Source: Lingula anatina (lineage: Eukaryota > Animalia > Brachiopoda). From it: DNA of 64,000 nucleotides. The position numbers and the translations under genes are program-made. The notes below the pieces were generated by a model. It worked only from the letters and a program-made list of their open reading frames with translations. It made no database searches and was not told the DNA's origin. Position 1 is the first letter of the stretch. Each line of letters starts with the position of its first letter. Shown in pieces: positions 22,103 to 37,728 of the stretch. The stretch lies in the NCBI GenBank assembly GCA_051362555.1, contig CM120642.1, positions 29,450,001 through 29,514,000 of the forward strand, given 5' to 3'.

Positions 22103-25100
22103 CACAGGACGGTCCACTTGAATAAAACCACTGGCTTTTTAGTAACAAAGACTACACCTGACGATAGTCAGTAGTGTGAAAACGTATCGCCAAGAGAAAA
22201 GTGCGTCTCGAAAAAAAAAAAAAAAAAATACACGTAGTCACAACACAAGCGTGCGCTTAATGTACCATTTAAAAATAAAATAAACTTTCTTTAAATCACC
22301 TGTATTGCTTGTATCGTTTAAGTAATCTGAGCAGGTGCGTGATATATTGTTTTCTGTTTATGTTACCCTCCACCACATTTCACAGCCTAGCTAAATACAT
22401 ATTTTGGGGGGTTATTTGATATTCAACTTTGCAAGAGTCAAAATAATACTCAAAATAATACTTTCTAATCGAGGTACGGGAATTCTATTTACCTTACCTC
22501 CTTGGCTATTTAAATTCACAAAAGTGGTACATATCCCTAGAATAGCCGATTATATCTTTTATTTTATTATTAACCGCACGCAGACAGTAGGGCGTTGCGT
22601 TATATCTCGTTGTAAATCCTGGCTTGTGCTCTAATTTTTTTGACAGGTCGGATTCAAAAATGTATTGTATTTTTGTACTTTCTAGTGGTGTAAGGTGCAG
22701 TCAAACACTTAACTTACACACGTATATACCTCAACAACAGCTCAATATTAAGATCTTAAGCTGTTTACTCAGATAATATGGCTCTGTAAACTTTTAACGA
22801 GATACAGCTATGAAACATCGAGGGTATCGACATATTAATCAATGATTTTTACAAAATAAGATCGCGCACAGAACGATCAAGCATCGCCGAAGACGCTATG
22901 GTCGCTGCAAAGTTTTGAGCATGTTCAAAACAATGGCACAAAAGAACGCAGTAGAAGTTGGTCGCTGCAAGGCCGCCCAATTAACAGAAAGGACGCAAGA
23001 ACATCGCTCTGGATGCAGAATGAATGCTCCAGGATCAACAAGTGAACAGCACGTAAAATATCATTTAGTTTACTCTCGAAAGGGGTCATGTCATGGTATT
23101 TTTCACCAGAGGAAATATGAGGGTAACTGTCACTAATGGTCTCATACCAGTCTCCAATTGTTATTATTATTTTTTTCTAAAATTTTTGAACCGATCCATT
23201 TTCGGAGGTCGTTAAAGAAAATTTTTTACAAGATGCAGATCTTGACGCATTTTTTGCAGTGATGTGTTACATTTTCTCTCGATGTGTTACATTTTCTCTC
23301 GATCTCTAAAGCACTACTTTATCAAATAAATAAATAAATAAATAAATAAATAAAAATTAGTTGAAAGTGGATTCAATTTTTTACTATAAATTTGGTAAAT
23401 TTTAAGCAAGATTAAATCTTTCTCCTCAAACAAACTGTCAGTTAAAAACATAGACTAAATCATACTTTATATTTTACTTCAAAGAAAATACAAATATTCT
23501 CAGAGATATGGCTTATGACTTAATCATTTTTGATCAAAATGAATTACAATTTTTTTTCAGTCTTAAAGTTAAAATCAGCTTTCAACTTCAAATTGTTCCA
23601 GGAACGGACCCACAGTGTACATACATATAAGATATGTACATGTCATATCTACCCATGTGCATATCTAACCAATCTGTGAAACAGTTCTACATAATGCACT
23701 TCTGCATCTTTTGCAGGAGCTTCAGCATCACTTCCAAACAGAGAGTTAAGTTTCAGCTTTCATTGCAAATCTACAAATTCAATTAAATCAATATACTCTG
23801 TCTCACGTAACTTTCGACCAGAAAACTGCATTTCTTTCTGGGATGGCTCTTTCAAGTGAGATCGGTGATCCAAGCAATTTTCATTTCAACAAAAATCCAT
23901 GTATGAGTTTTTTTAAAAGGCTTAAACTGACCCAAAAAAGTTCGCTTGATCTCATCAAATAAATAATTAGGCTATAGGCCCTAGCATTGGCAAAACAACG
24001 GGAAATTAATACGAATTCTGTAAAAAATGCACGCAGTTCTTTATATCAGGCAAAAAAATACTACTAAACTAGAGCACACCAAAGATCATCAATAAACGAT
24101 ACTGACTGGTATCATAAGAAGATAAATTGCTGTTTCTCCTCCCCCATCAAACGCTATTTCTACTTAAATGTTGGACCACAAATTTGTTGAGAATGCGCTA
24201 GTTGTGCTGCTACGCAATCACAACCGACCACAAGCGGATAATATCATCTCTAGATCAAGAGTGTTTGGATGATGAGGAGAAGCGATTTTAGCCCCTTTCA
24301 TATCGAGAGGTTTATTTTACAACTGGATCGGTTCTTGTGGAGAGGTAATTGCGTTTTTTGTGTTCGATTGTCATCTTGAATGGTTTAACCAATGCCAAAA
24401 GTGGACATATAAACCACACTTAACGACTTTAGAATAACTACTGTACAGTTGACTACAGTCTACCAAAATGTAAAAAAAAAAAAAATAGATTGAACTTGTT
24501 TCAACGAATTTGATAAGACTCATATATAAACTATGCTTTCTGTTTGATAATGACTGAAAAAAAAGTATTGAGAATATTTATAAAGGCTAGGACAGAGTAT
24601 TTTGCCACCGGTTTTTATTGAGATAAATCTGCAAAGGGTGGAGGAGAAAATTCTCTCCATCCTGATTGTATACTGTTTTTACACCACCTTGAAGTTCATG
24701 TTACGAATTCAGAACTTTTGATTGATAGCTTTGCACGTACTTGAAACTTCGACTTCCATCACAGGTCACCCATTGACGTAATCCCAGTTGTGTCATCGAG
24801 GCCGTTTTTCTCCTCCGTGACCCGACAGAACTACATGTTAAATGGAGAAGTCTGCGGTGATTAATTTCTTCAGCTATGTAGAATTGATTGATGGCTTGTA
24901 TACCTATTTACTTAACGAAAGCCTTTTCAGCCGAACAGAGAGAAGTTTTCCCAGATGTATAATAATCAATAGTAAGATTAATCTCCAGTCATTTTTAAAC
25001 CTTTACTGTGTGTGTGTAAGATTGCATGGTCCTTGTGTCTTTGCTTGGAGATTTAGGTATTTTTCTCACATATTTCTTGCGTGTTCTCGAAGTAGGAAAA

Positions 25101-26150
25101 AGGTGGCATTAATAAATTGTACACTGCACTGCCACTTGTTCGAAGTTGTTAGCTTGCTTCGTGAAAACAAAATCCATTGAAAATAGGTTAATGCAATAAC
25201 ACATAAGGCACTCTTTATGCATATAAAGCATTTGATCAGCGCATAGTTCAAAAGTTTGTGTATTTTTATTCATACATGTAAAGATTCACTTTTTTGCAAC
25301 CTAATAAATGCAACTCTTCAAATGTAAATTGCAGAGAGACGCGCAGTTCTTAAAATGCTATGCAACAAAAAGATATCTTTTGTCTGAACCTCTGTTTGGC
25401 TTGTGTTTCATTAATCATTCTAATTTTTATAACAATTAATCCACACATCTCAGTTGAATATAGGTTTAAGTGGAAAATGGTTTCACAGCAAAATATATTT
25501 GCTTGTACTGTAACGCATTTGCTATTATTTCTAAAAAGAATAATGTTCCCATTGTCTCCCATTGTCTTTTTCTGGGATGCGTTTCTGTTTAAAAGGAATT
25601 ATTGATTAACAAACAATAATTCATGATTTGTTATATGACACAACAGTCAGACAACTTTGAGCCATTGTGTTTATTTACAACTCTTTCCAGGTACAACTTT
25701 TACCACGACCCTGGGGATTTGAAATTTAGGACTATACAACCTCTAGGGATTTGTTCATTTTCATGCTTCTCAGCAAGAATAAAAGGTGCTTTAATTCCTT
25801 AGAATTGTCATGATTTGCTAGTTTGATAAAAGGAGGCCCAGGCACTGCGATGACTTGGAGTCTTTTCAGGGGCTGGCTTATCTTTAGTTTTCCAGTACTA
25901 GTTTACCGCCATGATAAATGTGGCTTTATGCCTGCAAGTTGTATCCAAGAACGGGTCTGATGTTTCAAAGTTCTATGATTTTGATGAACACATATTACAA
26001 AATTTGCATGTCATTTGACAGCATGAAAAAATGTTGGATTTAAATTTTTTCAGATATTATAAAATAAATTGTGAAATGACATTTAATTTTTTAATTGGCT
26101 TTGCTACAATTGTAAAGACCTTTACAGTTGAAAAAATCATATTCAAACAG

Positions 26151-26152
<2 letters not shown>

Positions 26153-26189
<37 letters not shown>

Positions 26190-26234
26190 AAATGACCTAA
26201 TGAGAGGCCTTCTCTCATTAGGTCCATGCACACA

Positions 26235-26290
<56 letters not shown>
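26153..26290. repeat. Compound (CA)n / (GA)n microsatellite
   Basis: Read directly from the sequence. Confidence 0.9.
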
Positions 26291-26294
<4 letters not shown>

Positions 26295-26762
26295 TGGACA
26301 CAAGAGATAAAACATTAGTTATGATATAAACTGCAAAAGAGTTTGCAAGCAGCTGTGCCACTGATTTATCTTACCAGATGGAAGAAAATCAGATACACAT
26401 AATGTTCCTCAGACTCTCCCCAAGAAATCATTGGAACATGAATTCCATTGATACATAATTCTTTGAGTTCTCCCTAAGAAATATCCTGGCCACTTTAAGT
26501 TACTACAATATAACATTTCAGGAAAATGAAAAGATCCACAGAAAGAACTCGGCATTGGCTCCCCAATAGCATTATACTGTACCGGCTCTCCTTGAAAGCA
26601 GATTAGCTCAGGTTTTATCATTTTATTTAACAAAAAGCAATCCCTGCTCACAAATCAGATGTAACGGGAGGCAGACGGCACATGTGGACGTAGGCACATA
26701 TCGCCACTGGGGCTTCACCCTTTGATGTACAAAGAGGGACTACTAATAAGGAAGAACCAAAT

Positions 26763-28493
26763 ATGAAGTGCCTACAGTCAACACATGGATTATGTATTTC
26801 TTTACCGATACTTTTGCTTTTGATGTTTACCCTCGACGCAGGTGAGTTTTTCAGTGTTTGCCACATGGTATTGGAAGGCCATAGGGTTCTTGTATTGAAT
26901 GTGTGTACAATAGGGGTGAATCTCCAGGGTTTCTGTTCACTGCAATGTTTTCATGTCAAGTTTGATGGCACATGCATTGTTAAGAGGGTATAGGTAGGTA
27001 AAGGGCTGGTAAAGGCATTTAATTCTTAATTCAACTGAATCAAATACTGGGACATTTAGAGGCAGGTGCGCTTAAGTGTAAAATGCATTTTGTCAACAGT
27101 TGGTCAACATCTTTTTTTGCAGTACTCATATGTGCAGTATGAGACTTGTGGTTAAGATTTGTTTTTGTAATTAGTGACAGAGCCAACAGATTTATTGTAA
27201 ACAAGTTTAATTATATTAGTAACAGTTAGTCTACATTCACATACAGGTTTATCCAGTAGTTTCTATTACCATGATGATTGGTTGTGGTATATTAGGTAAA
27301 ACATTGCTGTCTCATTTAGCTCAGGTTGGGTACATAAGCAATTAAAGACAAACTGGGGGGGGGGGGGGCATATCTGGTGCCAATCAGTGCCCCCTACCAG
27401 TCTCCCCCCCATTTCTGTTGATTTGATAGAATGCATTATTCACAGATTGATTTTTATTTCATCTGCAGATGTTTTGAAAATCATTCTCTCCTCACAGGCA
27501 CAAAGAGCATTAAAGTAATTTATCTTGGAAACTACATAACCCTTATGTAGTATGTACCAATACAACATGAACATTAAATTTTGAACTTAGTCTCTACACA
27601 AATTTAGGAGATAGTGGCCATCTTTTAAAGGTGGTATGAAAGTCATAGATACTCTGCCAAATAAACAGACAAAAGTTTTTTAAAGTTGGTGTTGAATGGT
27701 CACATACTTGAGTGAAATGAAAACTTTGTGGGTATTTTTTTTAAATTTGGATTTCATTATTTGTTTTCTAAACCCACCATTTGAATTGACCGCCAGTCAT
27801 TCAGATGAATTAACAAATCTAAATGGCGTAAGTTACTGGTATAAATTTGTTCTAAACATGAGGAAAATGGAAATGTTGATGATACTTAAATGGAAGAAAA
27901 AACAAATAAACAAACAAACAAACAATCAAAGAAATAGACAAATAAACATTTACATAAAAACTCACATTAACATAATTGCTAACTTGTGACTTAAAGAAAA
28001 ATATGAAGCTTTTAAGAAATGACTCTGCTCTTTTGTAGAATGCATTCTTAGGAATGTTCCAGATTCTTAACTTGAATTTCTTTAAAGTATGGTTTTACTG
28101 GTGTAGTGAGAGAGTGATGACAACTTGGTCTGAAGAAGCCAGCTGCCCAGGGACCTCAACACTAAAACTTTCATTTCAGGACGGACATACTTACACACTT
28201 ACTAGAATAAAGTTGACAATCAACCCCCAAGCAGTACATAGGCTACATACAGTATATGAAATTTGATAATGAGTATTTTGATTTTTAAAAAGTTTTTAAC
28301 TTTTCCAACATAGAAAATTCAATAGTTAGGAATATTTAGATGGTGCAGTTTTCATTTGAAACTTTTTGATAATATGTTTAGTATTTCTTTAAAAGCGTTG
28401 AGGAATGGTGAAAACTGAGCATCTGACTATATATAGTACAGTGTATGTGGAAGATTATTTCCTTATTTCTTATCACATGCAATATACTAACTG

Positions 28494-28533
<40 letters not shown>

Positions 28534-31500
28534 TGCAATTTTTATATTATTATTATTATTATTAAGCAAGGTATGTGCTTTCTCTGTGCCCTTCTTTGAT
28601 CTGGTCCTTAGCTAGAAAATGCTACTTCAAAACATTCAGTGGTCACAGTTCTGTAGAAAACTTGTAAATCCATAGAGTATGCTACTACATGTACACTGAG
28701 GAAAATTGCATTTTCTGTGAGTCTAAATTTCAGTGATTATACTTCAGTCATCAACTTACAAATACATGATCTCTCCTTTTAACCTCTGCTTCTAATCTAA
28801 TTTCTCTTTACGTTAAACATCGTGAATTCATTTTTGAAACAGACTCCATGGCTGCGCAGCACAAGATGAGATTTGTAACCATGTAACCACTTTTTAAAGA
28901 CCTCACAAGTGTAAGGATTTTCATAAACATTTGACTGGAAAATATGTAGACAGTCCTGCTTGTCATGTTACGGATTCTGAAAAATTGCGAGACGATGAGA
29001 AAAAGCTGTATTTCCCAACAGTTGGTTTGTCTGGCTCTTTGAAGTACGGAACAAATTCAGTTGGCAGTTAAGTAGTTATGTATATTTAGAGCTACTAATT
29101 CTCATACCAGCCGTCTGTATATGCAGCTGAACACAGTAAGTTATATTAGTACAGTAATACATTGTTATCACATACAGAATTTTTTCAGACATCTGCATTT
29201 AAGTCTGAAATGTAAACTTCTCAGTTAAAGCACAGTTAAAGGCAAATTTGGTGTTATATATTTTATCAAGAATTCCAGGTAAGAATATTGGGATCATGAT
29301 GTAATTAAAGGGATGACAACTCTTCATTTTGGCAGGAAAAGTATTATAAAACAGATTTTCCTGGGGTAAATGACAATTTCCCCACATACTTCCAATGGTT
29401 AAGGAATCCCTTCCAACATGCAGAGTTAGTCCATTGTCTGTTTTTTTAAGTGTGTTTCTTGTAATAGTCTCTTAAGACATTTAAAAGAGAGTAGCCATCT
29501 ATGAAGGCCCACGTGGTCCAATGGCCGACATGGATTTCGCAATAACTGCTGCTCTGGTGGTAAAACAGAATTTATTATATATCTGTGTGTTGCTTTCAAT
29601 GTATTTATTGTGGAATTTTCAATCTCAAAAAAGTTATTATCCCTTTAAGAGCAATCTGTATAGTCATTTTGGAATTTTTTGAGATGTTCCCCACTCTGAT
29701 TTACAACCCTATTTTGTTCCTATGCTTCACTTTCAGATGGTCCCAGGAATATATTGTGAAAATGCTGTAAAAGAGACTTACTCGCTTTATCATAAATCAT
29801 TCTCAGGTCACGAACTACTGCATTAGACATATTGGTGAAAATCAGGCTTGTTTTTTTCATTAGATTATTTGTTCCAATTTTTCCTCACAGTTGTACAAGC
29901 ATCCACATACACTGGAGGCAAGTTCACAACTAGGCTATCTTAAACTAGAGAATAGACTACATGAGGTATGGAGCAGGTGTGAGTGCTTCATAATGTACCG
30001 GTACATGTACTTCCCACAAAAGGTTCTTTATTCTTGTCTAGTGGGATGGGAGGGAGTGTGATTTCCTTCTCAATGAAGGTGCACCCTGGTATCTTTTTTT
30101 TTTAACATTCAAACTTTCACTTCATTAGATATGCATGCCCCTTCAGCAATTTATGAAAGTTTGCACCCTGTTATTGTTAATTTTATAATCTGCAAAATAC
30201 AAAATATCAATTTAATTTAAATTTAATCAAGGTTTAAAGTCCATTTAATAGAATCAGTGCAAATATATCATTCTTCATGCAGTCTAGCTTATTTGAAAAA
30301 TAATATTTATAATACAATTTATTAAAATATTCATATTGAATTTAAAAAATCTACAAACATTTTCAAATAAGAAAAGCAGAAATCAACTTAGTGCACTTGG
30401 CTGTAATTCTCACCTTTGCCATCTGCAGTTTAAGGAACTTTATTGTTGACATCTTTTCATTGAAATATGCCGCATGAAGGCAAAATTTTCAGCTGATATA
30501 AAAACCCTTCTGTTTGTGTTGTATCAGTTCTGTTTCTTGTGTATGTAAGGTACTAAATGGGCAAGGGGTCAAATGTTTTATTGCTTTTTTCATCCATATT
30601 GTAAATTATTTCAACATTGGCTCAAGAATGGATAAACTTGATTCAACTTTGCCTGAGGTTAGAGACCTGTTTACCACTTAATATAATTTGCTAAGTGTCA
30701 GAGGTGAAATTGACACTGAGCAAAGAAATTGACTCAGTTGTGGTATCTGAATTAATGCATCTCTTTCCCTTTGAATTGAGATATTTTTCATCCTATGATG
30801 TTGATCACAGAGAATCATTCATGTTAGGCACTTAGCAAGGCGCTAAGTAAGTTCCTTTTCAAATTTATTATTAACTTTAGTATTAATTCTAAATTCAGGT
30901 ACTAAGATGTTGATAAAGGCCTGGTTTACATACAAATGTTTAATTTGTTTGTTGATTCCGTAGAGTGCGATGTTTTGTGATGCAGCAAAATGTGTAGTCG
31001 AAAATGGGGTTATTTTCAGTATCCTTAATGAGTTCAATTATTGGGCATCAGATTTAATTGGGTGGACATTTATTGTACTTTTAAATCAGCTTACGCGTGA
31101 TTTACAGCCATGCAGTAAATGGGAAAATTAATTGATTTTGCTCTCTGGTCTGAGCACAAGTAGCTGAAGGGGTAGGAACCTCAATACATTAGGCAGTAAA
31201 CTGTGATTTTTGTCCAGAATAAGGAAGTCAGATCTTCTCAAGAGCTGCAGGGAATACGTACTGTAGAACTTCCCTTCTTTGATTTTTCAGATAATAAGAA
31301 ATGATAATTTGACCAATTCATTTTAGGAATGTGGCTAAGTATTCTACTGTATTAGACAAGATAAAATTTGTCTGAAAAAAAAAAAAAAAAAAAACACTGC
31401 AAAGCAAATGGAAATCACTTTTTTTTTATTAATTTTTATGGGCAATTGATGCAAACCCCTAGAGGGTAGCCATTATTATTTTATCAACTACAAACATTTC

Positions 31501-34500
31501 TAGTAATCAGTGTCCATTTTTTAAAGTGTTATTTTACCCTGAAGATCAGCAGTGTATCAGGTTGACCATCTCTTTCTCTGTATGTGTGGTAAATAAGGCT
31601 GCGTTCACATGCAATGTCTTTTTTCTAAATTCTGTTTTCTATTTGCAGTATGTTTTATGATCACGGTCTGTGGCCTGAATATCCCGCGGCGTAATTACTG
31701 GCAGCGCGAGCCAGTTACTATAAGTTACTATAAGTAACTGGCTCGCGCTGCCAGTAATTACGCGGCGGGATATTCAGGGCACAGACGGTGATCATAAGAT
31801 AGCGCAAATAAAAAATAGAAATTAGAAAATAGACATTACTATAAGTAACTGGCTCGCGCTGCCAGTAATTACGCGGCGGGATATTCAGTGCACAGACCGT
31901 GATCATAAGACATACCGAAAATAGAAAATAGAAAATAGAAAATAGACATTGCATGTGAACGAAGCCTTAGCATCATATTTCAGCTCTCCATCTTCGTATT
32001 CGGGATGCTGAATTCAATAACCAGTATAGGTAATATTATTTTGTAACCACTTGCAGTTAAGATATATATCAATACCAGTAGAATAGGTGTATGTATTCTT
32101 TACTGTTGGGTCCCTTATTTATCTTCTGTTAGTGCATCCATTAAATTGAAAATGAGAAAAAAAGAGGAAAAAATTTGGTCTGTGCAGTTTTTTATAAGAG
32201 AAATCAACCTCTTGTAGTCCTGGGACAGTATACTATACTGCATTTTGGAATTGATACATGTAATACTAGAAATGTTGTCATGCATCATTACAGCCCTCTA
32301 CCTTTGTAAATCTGCCATTTATGTATAACCAGCAGACTTCATTTGGGAAAAATATTTTTGTTTCCCTTTCTTTTTTCTTTTTTTTATATGTTTAACAAAC
32401 TTTCCATAAAAGGGTATACATTTTTCAGTGCAATTCTGCTGAAAAGCCTCTGTACCACAGGTGTGTGTGAAATTTCTGAACTATAATATCATATAATACT
32501 GGGTACATTGTAGTGCAGTTACATGATTATAGTATATATCATGTACAATTCTGCAGGGGTGGATCCAGGATTATTGAAGGGGGGGGGTCTGCAGATGTGA
32601 AAACAACCCTCTCTCCCCTTGGCGTGAGTTTTAAAGTTTGGTATTTTAAAGAGCAAATGGTGACTTTTGGTAGGGTTTATAACTATGATTCAGCTAGTCA
32701 AAATTCTCATTTCAAGCTTGGACCTAAATAGGAATCTTATTATGTCCATGTTTCAAGAGGAGACCATTGGTATGATTTTTTTCAGAAACTGAAGGGGGGT
32801 CAGGACCCCACTAATACCCCCCCCCCCAAAAAAAAAAAAATCCGCCACTGTGTCTGCACATGTACCAGTATTTGTAATGATTGATTAAAGCTACTGGTAC
32901 ATGTATAATTGTTATTGATTATACACCATTCTCAGCAGTTGCCCCAAAAATATTTGAATTACATCATTATGATCTTAGACTATTTACTTGCAACTCGGTC
33001 GCAACTTGCCTTCAGCTTAAAATTATTCACACAATGGAGCTGAATTTCATATTTAATTCAATTAATCTGGCAAACCTGTAGGGAAAACTGTTGTGTAACT
33101 TTCTGTTAATCTGGTTACAGGTCCTTGTTTTGCTTGGTATAGTCAGCATAGTACCCCTGTGTATATACTTGCTCATTTCTTGGTGATAGCAATCGAAGAC
33201 ACCAGATTGGCAGTGCTCTTTAAATAACTTATTTTCTGCTCCATTGATTTGTGTGGTATACGTAACTCTTAATGGCCGTGGCTAATCTGGATCAGTGACA
33301 TAATACAGATGTACTGGTACTTAATGGTTGTTTCTGAGATTATATCATGGATGTAATTGTACAACAAGCAGAATATACTTATTTCTGTATTTATATGTTC
33401 TACTATATCTATCAGATCAATACATTTTCTCTGTTGTCATTTTTTTTTTGGAAAGAAAAAACATAATTTTGTAACATTTTACCCTACCCTCTTTTATAAT
33501 TATTTTGCATTTAACAGTTTTTTAATTTGCCATAAGGTACTTTTTTTTTTGTAAATTTGTGAATATGCATCAGCATACTTAAATTGAATTCATGAGACAA
33601 TTCACCAAATGTGATTTACATTTAAATAATGTTTAAAAATTCAAATTCAAATTAAGAATTTTCACGAAGTTCAAATATGTAAATTTTTAAAAACAAATTA
33701 AACATCTTTGAGTATCATTGAGGCAAGCAAAACCTTCAATTTACTTGAACTATATTTTTGACTTTCTCATTCTAAAAGTCTTTCTGCATAGTATAGAAAC
33801 TGTCCAAGCTTCATAATTTTTTGTGGTCACTTTTCTTATTTAGGCATTTAACTATCACTTGGGTCATGTCAACCTGTTTTAAAATATCAACATAGTTACA
33901 GCGCAGATTTGATAAATGTCTTTCAACAAGTTTTTTTCTTATTATGGGAAACTTTTCCGGCTTTGACAGTTCGGCCCCATTTGAACCTAGGATACTTCTC
34001 TCACTGGTCACTGTGTGCCTCTGATACCTAATGGAGGATTCACACAGCAATATATATGAGACCAGTTGAAAATGGGTTTGCATTCGGTTTATTTTGAAAA
34101 CTGTCCCTTAGAGCAGGAATTTTCTTTTGATTGCATTGTTCAGTGGTAACTTGCTGGATTACTTTTAACCTTGGTAACAAAAGTTGATTGCAATCAGTCA
34201 TGGTTTCTGATGGTCACCCTGCCTCCACATGCACCATTAAACATATTAAATCTCGGCTTTGAGGTTTAATTGCCAGGCCCCTGCAGTAACGGTGCATATA
34301 GAGGCCGGCAAGACCATCAGGTAATTAGTCATTGCTGCTTTTAAGTGAGTCAGCCATATTTAGTCCCGTTTGTCTGTTTGATCACCTTGTTCTGAATGAC
34401 CCCTTACACCCATTTCCATAGATTAGATCGACCTACTTTAGATCGACCTAACTCCCTGGGGGTTCACGCTAAATAGCTGTCAGCCGGGCGGACACGAAAG

Positions 34501-37500
34501 TTAATTACCCCCTTACAGCTTGTAGTAGGCGGGACGGACATTTAAGTTGGATTATCTGAAAGTAATCTAGTGAGACTCCCCGCGGGGATAGATCGATCTA
34601 AAATCTATGGGAATAGAGCCATAGTGAAGATGGCCTGGCTGGCACAGCCACAGGTGTAGCAGGTTAAATCGAATTTGCCTGTAGACCTAATTTATACATT
34701 GGTCATCTCTTCAGGATTTATTTAAAAAGATTCTTTCAAAGCGAATAGGAAGTTTAAAGCGATGTGGATCAATATTTTGTTATTATTCTTACAAAACTAA
34801 ATGGTTTCTGTTTTTAACTTTTATTTTTATTTTCATTGTTATAATTAGTGTTGACCGAGATGACGCATTGTTATTTATAATAGCTGAATACATGCTAGTT
34901 TTTAGAGTTGAATCATTTTCAGTTCTCATTATCAGGTCTTGGGAACTTCAACTATTTGTCTGGCTGCCGGCTTTTATCTATTGATCACCTAGACAAGCGG
35001 CTAAATGAACAGAAATTGTAAATAGATCTCCAGGGAGACTGATTTGGGTAATTTGGAAGTTTACAGCCTATTGTTTATGGATAGGGTTGAACAAGAAGCT
35101 TTCAGAGACTTTTTGATGTGTGTGTGTATTATATACATGTGGTGAGGAGAGGGGAGGGGGGAGGGTCAATTTTCCAATTTTGGGATATTTTAGCTCTGAA
35201 AACATTGTGCTGCCTGTCCCTGCTCTAAATTTTATTAAATGAGTAGTCAAAATGCCAGGAAAGGATGCATTTGTGACAACTAGCTTCTAGGCTTGGTCAA
35301 CCTGAAGTTCAGCAACTAGTTGTGATTATAATTATTTCTTACTTTGTGTTATGAGGTGACTTCTTCTTTTGCCAAATATCAAATAATTTTGAAATGGAGC
35401 CATTTTAATTAAAATTATTCCAAATTTTCCAGAATGTGTTGAAGCTTAAATGATTGCTGATAACGATGTGCTGTTTAAATAGAATGGCAAAATACACAAT
35501 GATTAATAGACTGAGGATATTCTCCTTATTCATTAGTTAATGCAATTACTGAATCATGAATCACGGCCATATTAAGCAATGCTAAGGGTGATTACATGGC
35601 ATGAAATTGTATGAACCAACAAGATAAAGGTTTTTTCTGGAATTATGCAGATTTGCCTTGATGTATATACCCAGTAGAACAAAAATTATTTAAACACATA
35701 CATGTGAAACTAATTGGGGAAGTGCCAGACATTTATCTATGTAAATTGTGGAGGCAGCCTCATCATTTATACATGTTTTCAATTTCCAGCCACCCACGGT
35801 TTAAGTTTGGGTGTTAATGTATTATTTAAATTATTGATATTAGTTTTTTTAGAAGAAAGGAGAAAAACATGGGGTTATCAGTGCATGTATAGTGGATGTG
35901 TTCTTTCCTTAAAACAAACAGTTATTCAGTCGATAATGTTTTATTTCTAAAATGGAAAAGTTCACTACCTAAGGCGGAAAGAAGGACCTGGCATGAAAAA
36001 TAACAATTAACAACTGTAACATTGACAGAACTTGAAAAGATATAAATTATGTCAGCTGAGATTGAGTGTTGTGTCTGTATGTGGAAAGTAAATTTTCATT
36101 TTCTACAAGATATTGCTGAGCACTATTCCCTATTTTCATTGCTTAAAATGTAATCTTAAAATCGTGTTAGATAAATTTGTTTAAATTAGAGAAACAGTAA
36201 GTTGAAATATTTTGGAAAAAAATAAAATTGCATGTGTTCGCATTGCTTGCATGTTTTCTATCAATGTCTATATATTGGCTAGAATCACACAGTGAAAGAA
36301 ATGGGCTCGTGAAGCACTCCTAAGATCAAAAGTGAATTTTGAGAATAAATACAAAAAAATGGGACTTTGAATTGGATCAGTCTTTGTACTACAAGGTAGG
36401 AAGTTATCTAATTTTACGTAGGAATTTCCTAAATGGGAAGCTGGTTTTTGGGTCAGTGTTCGGATGTCTGAGGTGATTTGGTGAACTTTTACACTAAATC
36501 GGCATACAGTGTACTACACAGTTAATGTGTTAAAAAAATTGGAAAAGAATCTTATAGGGATTGTGAGAGTTTTTGTATATAGTCCATTCACACAGTATAA
36601 ACAGAACATGTTTTGTAATGATCTTATCTATGCGGCATTGTTAAAAGTAATAACATGGTTGCCAGCCCAGCAGAAGCCCACCTACATAAAGCTACATTTC
36701 ATTAACATGAGGATTATACATGCATATCAAATGTTACATATTTTTTTAAAAAGTGCAGAAAAAAGGCAATTGACAGCTCAGTATAAGACCACCTTCACAA
36801 ATGAGGCTATCCTTTGAATTCAGTATACAAATATACATGAATAATGTTTCAAGGCTCTTAGTAATCAAAAACCACACAGAGCATGGACTCTGTTGCAGTG
36901 GCTAGCTAGAGGCTAAGATATTTAATTTGTCTCATGTGTGAAGGTTGTCAGGAAGCCTAAGTCCATGTTCCCATTTGTTGGCCATTACTTTCCCTGCTCT
37001 TTATTTATTTTCCTGAGACCTCTCTGCATGCTTTATTTTCCCAGTATGTGTTTTTCACATGAGGCGTCACAATCAACATAAAGTTAATGGCAATGTTTAT
37101 GCGGCATAACTATCAATATAAGATTAACTTCAGAGTCAATTTAGTCCCTTAATGAGATTGCTGATTTTAAAGAGGCCTTAAATTCTTCTAAAAAAAGTCA
37201 CTTAAAGTTTGCGGCAATTCAAGAAATACTCCATCATGTCAACATTTCACACACCTGTCTGAAAATTGAAGCAATTAAGGATCTCACCAACATTGGTGAT
37301 TGTGGAAGTGACCCATAAAAAAACATAACTTGGAATGTTTTAGGGTCATAGACAGTTAGTATAATAGTGGTCTTGAAAAGGGCATGTTTTATTAAGCGGA
37401 AAATCTGATTTAGGGGTAAGAGTCAATAGACTGGGTTTCAGCAGGGGAGCAGGTGGTGCGTGGAAATGCACCATACTTCACAGTGCTCAGTGGAAATATA

Positions 37501-37679
37501 CTCAGTACTCAAGTTCAACTTTTCTGAAGTACAGTAACACTATTTTCTGCCTAAATATTTCTTTTTGACCTGTGTTTAGTCTGTTGAAGACAATCTGATA
37601 GTTTACCAGGGATAAAGAGTTAATGAAACCATTGATTAGCTATGGAATTTATGGAAAGTCTATGGGGGGATTAATATCA

Positions 37680-37728
<49 letters not shown>

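Noticed and set aside
23261-23301. Exact 20-bp tandem duplication (similar small ones at ~46914 and ~48609)
   Set aside because: These are ordinary replication-slippage duplications with no sign of function.
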